Positions 38,134-45,984 of a DNA stretch of 64,000 nucleotides are shown here, piece after piece; the stretch's first letter is position 1, and each line of letters begins with the position of its first letter. The notes below the pieces were generated by a model. That model was not told the origin of the DNA and did not search any database. It saw nothing but the letters and a program-made list of their open reading frames with translations. The stretch covers positions 6,045 to 70,044 of the forward strand of contig JAFVBZ010000048.1 of the NCBI GenBank assembly GCA_017479645.1, written 5' to 3'. The position numbers and the translations under genes are program-made. The stretch comes from Ruminiclostridium sp. (GTDB taxonomy: Bacteria > Bacillota > Clostridia > Oscillospirales > Ruminococcaceae).

Positions 38134-39564
38134 GTGAAACGTCTCTTAATTATTGGTGTTTCTGCTTTATTGACTGTAATGATGTGCGTCGGTTTCTTTG
38201 ATTGTAAAACTTTCGCATATAACGATATATTACAGGACGATGATATATATGAAAGGATAGACGAGTATCTGCGTTCATCTGCCGTAAACGCCCATATTCC
38301 TGCGCTTACAGCAGCTATCGCAAACAGCGATGAGATACTGTTCGCAAAAGCCTACGGGGAATGTGAAAGCTGTGATGATCCTTTTGTTCTCGGGTCGGTC
38401 AGCAAATCATTTACAGCGGTATGTATCATGAGGCTTGCCGAGCAAGGGAAAATAAGGCTGAATGACCGCATTTCGGTTTATCTGAAAGATATTGCCGACG
38501 GAGACCGTATAACGGTAAACCAGCTTCTCAATCATACAAGCGGTCTCGGCGAGCATCAGAACCTTGAAAACTGCCATATCGTCAACGAGCAGGGAGTGCA
38601 TTGTTATGCCAATGTGAACTACTCATTGCTTGGAAAAATAATCGAGCAGGTCACAGGGATGTCCTTTGAGGAATATGTTACCGGGAGTATTATTGAACCA
38701 TTGGAACTTGCAAATACTGCCGCTTCATATGAAAAAAGCACCGCGAACGGTCTGATAGACGGGCATACCGATTACTGGGGATTTTCTGTAAAAAGCAGCC
38801 CCAAATATCCTGTGTCTGACAACGCATGGATAACTGTCCCTGCCGGATATATATCGTCATCGGCAAATGACCTTGCACGGTATCTGCAAATGTATTTGCG
38901 CGGCGGTGAGGGTATCATTTCACAGCAGAGCATAGATACTATGTTCTATGAGGATACCGTTTTTGTTGACGACGATGTTCCGTTCTGGTACGGATACGGC
39001 TGGGCAACTGTAAAAGAACCGCTGCCGGAACCGGTTCTCCGTCACAGCGGGTTGGTGGAAACGGGAACATCCTGTGTATTTATTATTCCCGGGAAGGATA
39101 TCGCCGTTGCTTTTACCGCAAATGTCAACGACTATTTTGTCACCAACGAAATGATGGACAGCCTCGGCTGGGGAGTAATACTTATGCTTCTCGGTGAAGA
39201 GCCGAATATGATATCCCGGGACGCATATATTCTTGAACACTTAAGGATAGATCTTATAATGCTTGCTGTTTTTGCGGCATCGCTGATACCGATGTTCTTT
39301 ATCGCCGGATATAAAAAGCGCGTCAGTCAGAAGCATTTCATATCGGCTGCTGCAAGTATGCTGATCGTCAATATTATATTCCCGGTGTTTATACTTCTGA
39401 TCGTGCCGGTTTTCTTCAAGACGCCCCTATGGGTCGCAAAAGCATTCGTGCCAGATGTGTTTATAACGGCTGTAGTTTCATCTGCTGTATTGTTCGCCGG
39501 CGGAATAGTTAAGGCGGCAATACTGATCAAAGCCATAATCAAGCGGTCAGGATCTGACATATAG
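38134..39564 (+). CDS. Beta-lactamase-family serine hydrolase with signal peptide and C-terminal TM helices
   Basis: SxxK (SVSK), LLNHTSGL, YAN, HSG; promoter TTGCAA-17-TATAAT. Confidence 0.85.
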   Translation: MKRLLIIGVSALLTVMMCVGFFDCKTFAYNDILQDDDIYERIDEYLRSSAVNAHIPALTAAIANSDEILFAKAYGECESCDDPFVLGSVSKSFTAVCIMRLAEQGKIRLNDRISVYLKDIADGDRITVNQLLNHTSGLGEHQNLENCHIVNEQGVHCYANVNYSLLGKIIEQVTGMSFEEYVTGSIIEPLELANTAASYEKSTANGLIDGHTDYWGFSVKSSPKYPVSDNAWITVPAGYISSSANDLARYLQMYLRGGEGIISQQSIDTMFYEDTVFVDDDVPFWYGYGWATVKEPLPEPVLRHSGLVETGTSCVFIIPGKDIAVAFTANVNDYFVTNEMMDSLGWGVILMLLGEEPNMISRDAYILEHLRIDLIMLAVFAASLIPMFFIAGYKKRVSQKHFISAAASMLIVNIIFPVFILLIVPVFFKTPLWVAKAFVPDVFITAVVSSAVLFAGGIVKAAILIKAIIKRSGSDI

Positions 39565-39633
39565 GCGGTATGGATCACATGAATACCGCTGCGGTTCACA
39601 GTTGTGACCGAAAAGTACAGATCAGAACAGCTC

Positions 39634-40305
39634 TTACTTTATGATCATCACCGTGAGATAACCGCAATCAGTTATATCGTCTATGTGACGGTACAGCTTT
39701 TGTTCGGGAAATCCGCAGTTCTCCGCAGCAAATACAGTCTCCCTGCCGGACAGCATTTCCTTTATCTCTGACAGCTTGCTGCCGCTTTTCATTATAACTC
39801 GGGTCCCGCCCATTCCGAGCATATCCCGCGCAGCTTCGTGCTGTGCGGGTATTATTGTAAGCGGTTCGCTGCCATCCGAAAGCGGGATATTCAGTTCCGC
39901 GGCTGCCGCACAGAAGCTCGGTACTCCCGCGCACATCTTTGTTTCAAATCCCATTTTCACAAGCTCGGCGGCTATGTATGTACACGATGAATAAAGCGAT
40001 ACATCGCCGATGCTAAGCATTGCGATATCCTGTCCGTTTCCGAGATAAACGGCAAGCTGCTCAGCGATACGGCAGTGATTTTCGTGCTGTGCGGTACTGT
40101 CCTGTTTCATCGGAAAATCCAGCGGTATGACAGTTTTTCCGGTCATATCAACGATCTGTCCGGCAATGGAAAGCGCGATCATATTTCCGCTTTTTGTTCT
40201 GGGTGCGGCTATCACCGGACATTCTTTTATAATGCGTACAGCTTTCAATGTTAACAGTTCCGGATCACCCGGTCCCGCACTTACTCCGTAAAATGTTCCG
40301 GGCAT
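39634..40305 (-). CDS. cbiL: Precorrin-2 / cobalt-factor II C20-methyltransferase
   Basis: GVSAGPGDPELLTLKA, LDFPM, IGDVSLYSS, GVPSFCAAAA. Confidence 0.88.
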   Translation of the reverse strand: MPGTFYGVSAGPGDPELLTLKAVRIIKECPVIAAPRTKSGNMIALSIAGQIVDMTGKTVIPLDFPMKQDSTAQHENHCRIAEQLAVYLGNGQDIAMLSIGDVSLYSSCTYIAAELVKMGFETKMCAGVPSFCAAAAELNIPLSDGSEPLTIIPAQHEAARDMLGMGGTRVIMKSGSKLSEIKEMLSGRETVFAAENCGFPEQKLYRHIDDITDCGYLTVMIIK

Positions 40306-40388
40306 ATAAAACCTCGTTTCTTTTTATATATCGCCATAGCTTCAATTAATCATACCGGTAAGTCTCATTGTCTTTCTTACAGGATACG

Positions 40389-41168
40389 TCAGTCTTTCTG
40401 CTTTATCTCAACGCACTTTTCAAACTCCCCGAACCATTTCTCCGGATAGAAGAACAGCAGCTCCTCATGTCCATAATCCTGCTCTCTGATGTCGGGAGAA
40501 GCAAAATGCTTCAGATAACGTTCCCTATATTTCTCGCCCATTTTAAGCGCATAAAAAATGTGGACTGTGGTATTTTCGGCTGAGATATGCTCGCCGAGCG
40601 GAGTCACAAGGTCGGAGAAGAACTGATTTTTCAAGCTTGTCTTTGAAACAGCCTTCGCTGACCCGAACATTCCGTTTGTCATCTGCAAGTATTTCTCCGT
40701 GGCTTCATCACCCATTTTCTTCCGGGTCATATTCTCCGCCCATTTCGGCATAGTACCCTTCTGCACCATTCCATAAAACACTTTGCCGACAATGGCTGTC
40801 TGAAGCTTTGCAGACAGCTTTCCGCTCTGATCGAGATCGGAGCTTCCGATGATCGCGTGGCTGATATGCACATTTCCGCGCTCAACGAGCAGACCCGCAA
40901 AACTGCCGCCGAGAGACGAACCGTAAAGCGCAAACACCTCTCCCCCACAGCGTTTGGTGATGTAGCTCTCGATCTTACGGCAGATGTAGGTCATGTTAGT
41001 GAAATCACCCTCATTGCCGTCAAATCCGTCGTAGTCAACGCATATCACCTTGTATTTTTCCGCAAGCATCGGCACGACTTTTTCAAAATTTAATTTTGCC
41101 GTGCAGCAGGTTCCCGGCAGCAGCATTACGATCTTTTCGTTATCTTTTCCCGCAATAGTGTATCTCAT
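40389..41168 (-). CDS. Alpha/beta hydrolase
   Basis: LLPG, YGSSLGG nucleophile elbow, GHEE. Confidence 0.85.
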   Translation of the reverse strand: MRYTIAGKDNEKIVMLLPGTCCTAKLNFEKVVPMLAEKYKVICVDYDGFDGNEGDFTNMTYICRKIESYITKRCGGEVFALYGSSLGGSFAGLLVERGNVHISHAIIGSSDLDQSGKLSAKLQTAIVGKVFYGMVQKGTMPKWAENMTRKKMGDEATEKYLQMTNGMFGSAKAVSKTSLKNQFFSDLVTPLGEHISAENTTVHIFYALKMGEKYRERYLKHFASPDIREQDYGHEELLFFYPEKWFGEFEKCVEIKQKD

Positions 41169-41178
41169 TTTTTCTCTC

Positions 41179-41532
41179 CTATTTCTTCACGGCTCTGAAA
41201 TAGACCATTGAGCCTCTGATATGCCAGTTTGTGACTTCGTATGCACTCTCAAGGCGCTTCATCAGCATACCCGATGTATCGAACGGCGGCGTGAACCAGC
41301 CCTTTCGTGCAAGCACATTCTTTACAAGCGCATCGGTTACTTTCGATCGACCTTTGATGTAAAAACAGGCGACAAGCTTCCCGCCTTTTTTCAGCACCCG
41401 TGTCATCTCGGAGAATGCCCTGTCCTTGTCGGGGAAAGCATGAAAGCCGTTCATACTCAATACCGTGTCGAAGGTGCAGTCCCCGAACGGCAATTCCCCC
41501 ACATCACCCTGCATGAAAGTAATGTTGTTTAT
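41179..41532 (-). pseudogene. Class I SAM methyltransferase, N-terminal half missing
   Basis: INNITFMQGDVGELPF...FDTVLSMNGFHAFPD...RVLKKGG; no motif I (DxxxGxG). Confidence 0.75.
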
Positions 41533-41577
41533 AACAGCACCATTCCTATGAGTGTCAGGATCATCGTAACAAGCACG

Positions 41578-42270
41578 TCATGCACTTCCCTTCTTTGTTT
41601 TCAGTTCATACACGAGCATCACCGCAAACCAGATGATCATGCTTTCGCTCATCAGACCGTTGTTGAATGCAAGTCTGAATGCGCCGTCCGGCATGAACAG
41701 CGTTATGCCTTTAAGCAGTCCGAAAAATATCAGCACATTCGTAAATGCAAAAGGTTTCGGGAAAGCGGTAAAACCCCGCACCTGCAAATAAAACCAGTAC
41801 ACGAACACCGGAAGCATGAATGCTTCGCTTGCGGCTATCACCCACGATGTGTTCTCGTACAACAGCAAACATATCGCTCTGATATCGTGCAGATCATAGC
41901 CGAAGTCCGGGCTCTGCGAAAGTCCGCTGTAAAGCACAAGTATCATTATGTAGTAAAGGTGCAGCGCCAGCCACGGCGTAAGACCGAAAGCATTCAGATA
42001 GTGATACACTTTCCGGCGCTTTTCATCTGTGATATAATTCTGCACCGCGAACAGCGCAATACCATAAAGAATTATACCCGGAAAAGCAAGCGCCATTGCG
42101 AGCGTGAACCTCCACTGTGGGATCTGCGCGGTTCCTGTTGTGAGCCAGTTCAGCATATAAACAGTATCATATTCCCCGCCGCCGTACATCATCAGCCAGT
42201 CACCCGTGCCGAAACACAGACAGCCGAGCATTCCGCAGATCAGCGCCGCGGCTGTTTTCTTACTTGTCAT
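41578..42270 (-). CDS. Polytopic membrane protein (DUF6796-like), paralog 3
   Basis: 230 aa; GMLGCLCFGTGD and FGLTPWLALH. Confidence 0.8.
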   Translation of the reverse strand: MTSKKTAAALICGMLGCLCFGTGDWLMMYGGGEYDTVYMLNWLTTGTAQIPQWRFTLAMALAFPGIILYGIALFAVQNYITDEKRRKVYHYLNAFGLTPWLALHLYYIMILVLYSGLSQSPDFGYDLHDIRAICLLLYENTSWVIAASEAFMLPVFVYWFYLQVRGFTAFPKPFAFTNVLIFFGLLKGITLFMPDGAFRLAFNNGLMSESMIIWFAVMLVYELKTKKGSA

Positions 42271-43234
42271 ATATCTTATGCACCTCTTCCCAATCCGGCA
42301 TCGCAGCTCTCATTCCGTCCCACACCGGCATTCTGTATTCCGGTGCGGCATCGCGCAGCTTGTTGAACTCACGGTCAAGGTACTCCATTTCGGTCACGGC
42401 ATTCCTGCAATGGTCGGTGGCCGCCAGCTCCCCAACAAAGGTTTTTGCCATTGCACGAAGCGCCAGATTGGTTGCTGTCATTTTAGCTCCGCTCTCAAAG
42501 TATGTCTCATCTCCGGCAGGACATATCTTTATCCCCGCTCTTTTTATCAGACCGTAGGCTTCCTTTGCTGCAGCGGTGATATTGTTCACCTCCTGCTTTG
42601 ATGCTGTACGAAGGTTACAGCCCCGCTTGTAGCTCAGATAAACTATCGGCAGAATAAATGCGGCATGGCAGTACAGCCAGCCCTCCATGTCGTCCATGAA
42701 CCCGATTCCGTATTTCGAGCCGGAAAGCGCTGTCCGCAGCGCAGTTTCGTCCCGTGTGGACGGGAGAGTATGCAGCCCGCCGACAACAAGCCTGCTGCTG
42801 CCCCACCTTACACAGATCGTGTGATTGCCCTCGCGCACGCCGCCGGTACCCTGAAATCCGAACAGCAGGGTCTTGTCATCACCCGCAAGACGGTGAAATT
42901 CACGCTCGGTATCTGCTGCGCAAAGATTATTTCCCACAAGCACAAACAGTGGAGCGTTCACCTTGGCGATCACCGGCAGGAGCGCAGTCTGCTGCTGTCC
43001 CTGCATTATCGAAAACACGATGTCATAGCGTTCGTTTTCGTCCGCTTTCCCAATGACTTTCGGACGGTCGATCGTTTTCTTTTTTTGCAGCTTATGCTTT
43101 ATGCGAAGCCCGTATTTTCCCAGTATTTTTCGTGTTCTTCCCCGTGCGCAGACAGTCACGTCATTTCCCGCACGACACAGAACGTGTGTCAGATATGAGC
43201 CTATGACTCCGCAGCCGTAAACAAGAATCTTCAT
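42260..43234 (-). CDS. Ketopantoate reductase-family oxidoreductase
   Basis: VYGCGVIGS Rossmann motif, ARG, WLYCHAAF. Confidence 0.85.
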   Translation of the reverse strand: MKILVYGCGVIGSYLTHVLCRAGNDVTVCARGRTRKILGKYGLRIKHKLQKKKTIDRPKVIGKADENERYDIVFSIMQGQQQTALLPVIAKVNAPLFVLVGNNLCAADTEREFHRLAGDDKTLLFGFQGTGGVREGNHTICVRWGSSRLVVGGLHTLPSTRDETALRTALSGSKYGIGFMDDMEGWLYCHAAFILPIVYLSYKRGCNLRTASKQEVNNITAAAKEAYGLIKRAGIKICPAGDETYFESGAKMTATNLALRAMAKTFVGELAATDHCRNAVTEMEYLDREFNKLRDAAPEYRMPVWDGMRAAMPDWEEVHKIYDK

Positions 43235-43251
43235 ACGTTTATCCTCCGTTC

Positions 43252-43303
43252 GTTAGCTCCAGCTAACTTTATTTATAATAGCACATTGCCATCTCTTTGT
43301 CAA
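43252..43303 (-). promoter_or_regulatory. Sigma-A promoter plus GTTAGY operator (copy 4)
   Basis: TTGACA-17-TATTAT on the minus strand, then GTTAGCTCCAGCTAAC (43252-43267). Confidence 0.8.
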
Positions 43304-43529
43304 TATATTAATGAAAAAACCAACATCTTAGCCGTGCCGGCCCGGACACTCATGGTTTCGGGCATTTATAGAAGATCCCGTCACGATATCTGCCCTTGTC
43401 CAAATGAACTTTCCGGGCGGCATGGTATTCCTTCCCGTTTCCCGCATCGTACCGCTTCTCGTACTATTATGCCGGATTGTCAATGCTTTCATGATAATTT
43501 TCTGTTACAATGATATGACAGTAAAACTA

Positions 43530-43590
43530 TTGACTTTTTTACAAAGCTGTGTATAACAGAGCGGAGTTAGCCTCAGCTAACACAAGGAGG
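43530..43590 (+). promoter_or_regulatory. Orphan promoter, GTTAGY operator (copy 5) and RBS with no following ORF
   Basis: TTGACT-16-TATAAC (43530-43557), GTTAGCCTCAGCTAAC (43566-43581), AAGGAGG (43584-43590), no start codon at RBS distance. Confidence 0.7.
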
Positions 43591-43599
43591 CGCGAGAAC

Positions 43600-43873
43600 G
43601 GCAGCAGCCGTATTGCTGCCACTTATAATAAATGTGTCCTCAATAACTGCCTTTTGGCAGTTATTGGCTGAAAATCTGCAAAACAGATTTTCAGATGTTG
43701 TTTAAATGCGCCTGTGGTGCATTTAAACAACGGACACATTCCTTGATGTCAAGCTCATTTCGTCCTTCGGACGAACAAAAGTGCAAGGAAAATCCTAAAA
43801 TATATAAATTTTCCTTGCACTTTTGCAGCCAATAAATTGCTTCAAGCTGCGCTATGAAGCAATTTGTTGGCTG
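43600..43873. other. Seven consecutive hairpins (structured ncRNA or MITE-like element)
   Basis: Stems of 7, 11, 11, 13+, 7, 18 and 19 bp, several separated by only 0-2 nt. Confidence 0.8.
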
Positions 43874-43884
43874 ATGAGCAGACA

Positions 43885-44016
43885 TTAAATATCGTCTAAC
43901 AGGCGACGAACCTCATCCTCTCCTCAGCGGTATCCACGCTTATAAGATGGAACATAAAACGTTCCCTTGATATCACTTACAAGTTTGGTGTCCAATAGTA
44001 TTTGATTATCGTTCAT
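43885..44016 (-). pseudogene. N-terminal stub of a DUF262 (GmrS/ParB-like) gene
   Basis: MNDNQILLDTKLVSDIKGTFYVPSYKRGYR*GEDEVRRLLDDI*, matching the DUF262 P-x-YQR-x-Y-x-W motif with Q>K and W>TGA; intact TTGAAA-17-TATAAT promoter. Confidence 0.75.
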
Positions 44017-44433
44017 TCTGAGTATCCACCCTCTATTTATATCAATAATCCTTAGGTCCGACCCTTATCATATTATATCACAAATTGGCAATAATTTCAA
44101 CGCTTTTTGTTACTTTTTAACAATTTTCGGCTTTAATCTTCTCAATATACTCATTATAGCACATCAGTTGTCCATTTGTTGCATATCAAGAGCATATTTC
44201 GAAACTTTACAAATTCTTTTACTTTTCTTCACTTCATAAGATATACAATAATTCATAATTAGCTTATGAGAAGTTCGCCGACGGCACCGAGAAATGTATT
44301 CAGCTGCACATAGGAAACGGTGTGCAGCTGTATAAATTTATTGACAATATCGGCTCAATTTATAAGCAACAGAGGTAATATACTCCATATCATCTTAAGG
44401 CGATATATCTGAGTCAGCAGGAACAACATCTGA

Positions 44434-44484
44434 TTATTTATCCTCGCCCTTGTTTTTCTTTACCGTAAGATCGTAAACGCTCAT
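44434..44484 (-). pseudogene. Possible glutathione peroxidase N-terminal stub
   Basis: MSVYDLTVKKNKGEDK* with AAGGCGG RBS; only 16 codons. Confidence 0.35.
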
Positions 44485-44647
44485 AATATCCGCCTTGTTT
44501 ATTATATAACTGCCGGCGCGACTTGTCCGTAACAACGCCCGCAGAAAAGCACTTATTACTGATAGGAATATTCGGAGTTTTTTGCATAAAGATTTTTATT
44601 CAGGATATTTCAGTTTAGTGATATGTTCCAAAGTTAAGAAAAGGCTA

Positions 44648-44712
44648 TTGACATTCGGCGGGATATAGTGTATTATAAGCGCATAGATTTTAAACATATC
44701 ATATTGATATGT
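44648..44712 (+). promoter_or_regulatory. Promoter of the sulfate operon with a downstream palindrome
   Basis: TTGACA-17-TATTAT (44648-44676); ACATATCA-TAT-TGATATGT (44694-44712). Confidence 0.7.
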
Positions 44713-44736
44713 ATAGTAGGCAAAGGAAGAAGAACT

Positions 44737-44781
44737 ATGAAAAGAATAATCAGAACAGCGGGAGGAGTTGTGCGCTGTTGA
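44737..44781 (+). CDS. Candidate Cys-sensing leader peptide (14 aa)
   Basis: AAGGAAG RBS; MKRIIRTAGGVVRC-TGA, 60 nt before the sbp ATG. Confidence 0.5.
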   Translation: MKRIIRTAGGVVRC

Positions 44782-44841
44782 ACCTGCATTCCGTTTGAAG
44801 TCAAGATAACAACCTAACAATAACGAAATGAGGTATTCAAA

Positions 44842-45906
44842 ATGAAAGGTACATTTTTTAAAACAGCAGCAGCTTCTCTTGCACTTATAACAACAATATT
44901 CGCGGCAGCATCATGCGCGAACGCGTCGGCATCAAACGCAGCGGAGACATCGGGTACTGCATCGGAAGCAGGAAAGAATTACTCGATCATTAACGTTTCC
45001 TACGACCCGACCCGCGAGCTTTATGCCGCGTATAACGAAGCTTTCAAAAAGCACTGGGAGTCCGAACATGATTCCACGGTTGAGATAACCCAGTCCCACG
45101 GCGGTTCCGGAAAGCAGGCTCTTGAAGTAGCGAACGGCAACCCCGCAGATGTAGTGACCCTTGCGCTCGAATATGATGTTAAGGCAGTCGAGGACGCGGG
45201 GCTTATCGAGCCCGGCTGGGTAAGCGAGTTCCCGCTTGACAGCTCGCCCTACACTTCAACTATCGTTTTCCTTGTAAGAAAGGGCAATCCGAAGAACATT
45301 CTCGACTGGGGCGACCTTGCCCGTGACGATGTAGGCATCATCACTCCGAACCCCAAGACCTCCGGCGGTGCTCGCTGGAACCACCTTGCGGCATGGGCAT
45401 GGGCACAGCGCGAATACAACAACGATGAGACAAAGGTGCTTGACTACATCAAGACGCTCTACTCCCACGTTCTTGTACTCGATTCGGGCGCACGCGGTGC
45501 AACCAACTCCTTCGTTGAGAACAAGCAGGGCGATGTGCTCCTTGCATGGGAGAACGAAGCTTTCCTCTCTCTGAAAGAATATCCGGACGAATATGAGATA
45601 GTTACTCCGAGCATCAGCATACTCGCACAGCCTTCCGTTGCTATTGTCGATAAAGTTGTTGACAAGAACGGCACACGCGAAGTTGCGACCGAGTATCTCA
45701 ACTACCTCTACTCCGAGGAAGCTCAGAGAATTGCGGGCGAGAACTTCTACCGTCCGTCCAATGAAACGGTGCTCGCGGAATTCTCCGACACCTTCGACCT
45801 TAACATAAACCTCGTAACCATCAACGATTTCGGCGGTTGGGACGAAGCGTTTGCAAAACACTTCGCCGACGGCGGACTGTTCGACCAGATCTACGAACAG
45901 GATTGA
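44842..45906 (+). CDS. sbp: Sulfate ABC transporter substrate-binding lipoprotein
   Basis: NVSYDPTRELY, SHGGSGKQ, PYTSTIVFLVRKGNPK, NPKTSGGARWN, WENEA. Confidence 0.95.
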   Translation: MKGTFFKTAAASLALITTIFAAASCANASASNAAETSGTASEAGKNYSIINVSYDPTRELYAAYNEAFKKHWESEHDSTVEITQSHGGSGKQALEVANGNPADVVTLALEYDVKAVEDAGLIEPGWVSEFPLDSSPYTSTIVFLVRKGNPKNILDWGDLARDDVGIITPNPKTSGGARWNHLAAWAWAQREYNNDETKVLDYIKTLYSHVLVLDSGARGATNSFVENKQGDVLLAWENEAFLSLKEYPDEYEIVTPSISILAQPSVAIVDKVVDKNGTREVATEYLNYLYSEEAQRIAGENFYRPSNETVLAEFSDTFDLNINLVTINDFGGWDEAFAKHFADGGLFDQIYEQD

Positions 45907-45936
45907 TCGCTATCTTGCTCTCTTTCCGATAAATTG

Positions 45937-45966
45937 GTATATCCCTGCCTTCGGGCGGGGATATAC
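45937..45966 (+). other. UUCG-capped hairpin between sbp and cysT (likely mRNA-stabilising or attenuating)
   Basis: GTATATCCCTGCC-TTCG-GGCGGGGATATAC. Confidence 0.6.
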
Positions 45967-45984
45967 TGCAAAAGGTGCATTTTT

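Noticed and set aside
38134-39564. Serine hydrolase as an antibiotic-resistance beta-lactamase
   Set aside because: SxxK/YxN motifs are shared by many peptidases and esterases, and the C-terminal TM anchor and context give no evidence of resistance.
43328-43423. 31-codon minus-strand ORF with an AAGGA RBS (MPPGKFIWTRAD...)
   Set aside because: No correctly spaced promoter and no recognisable homology; insufficient support.
43691-43885. 64-aa minus-strand ORF
   Set aside because: Runs through the hairpin array and has no RBS or protein motif; it is a by-product of the element.
43924-43926. In-frame TGA at the conserved Trp of the DUF262 stub as possible stop-codon recoding or selenocysteine
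   Set aside because: TGA terminates many genes in this window (ackA, iorB, hemA, hemB), the neighbouring Gln is also mutated, and the frame ends 12 codons later; this is simple decay.
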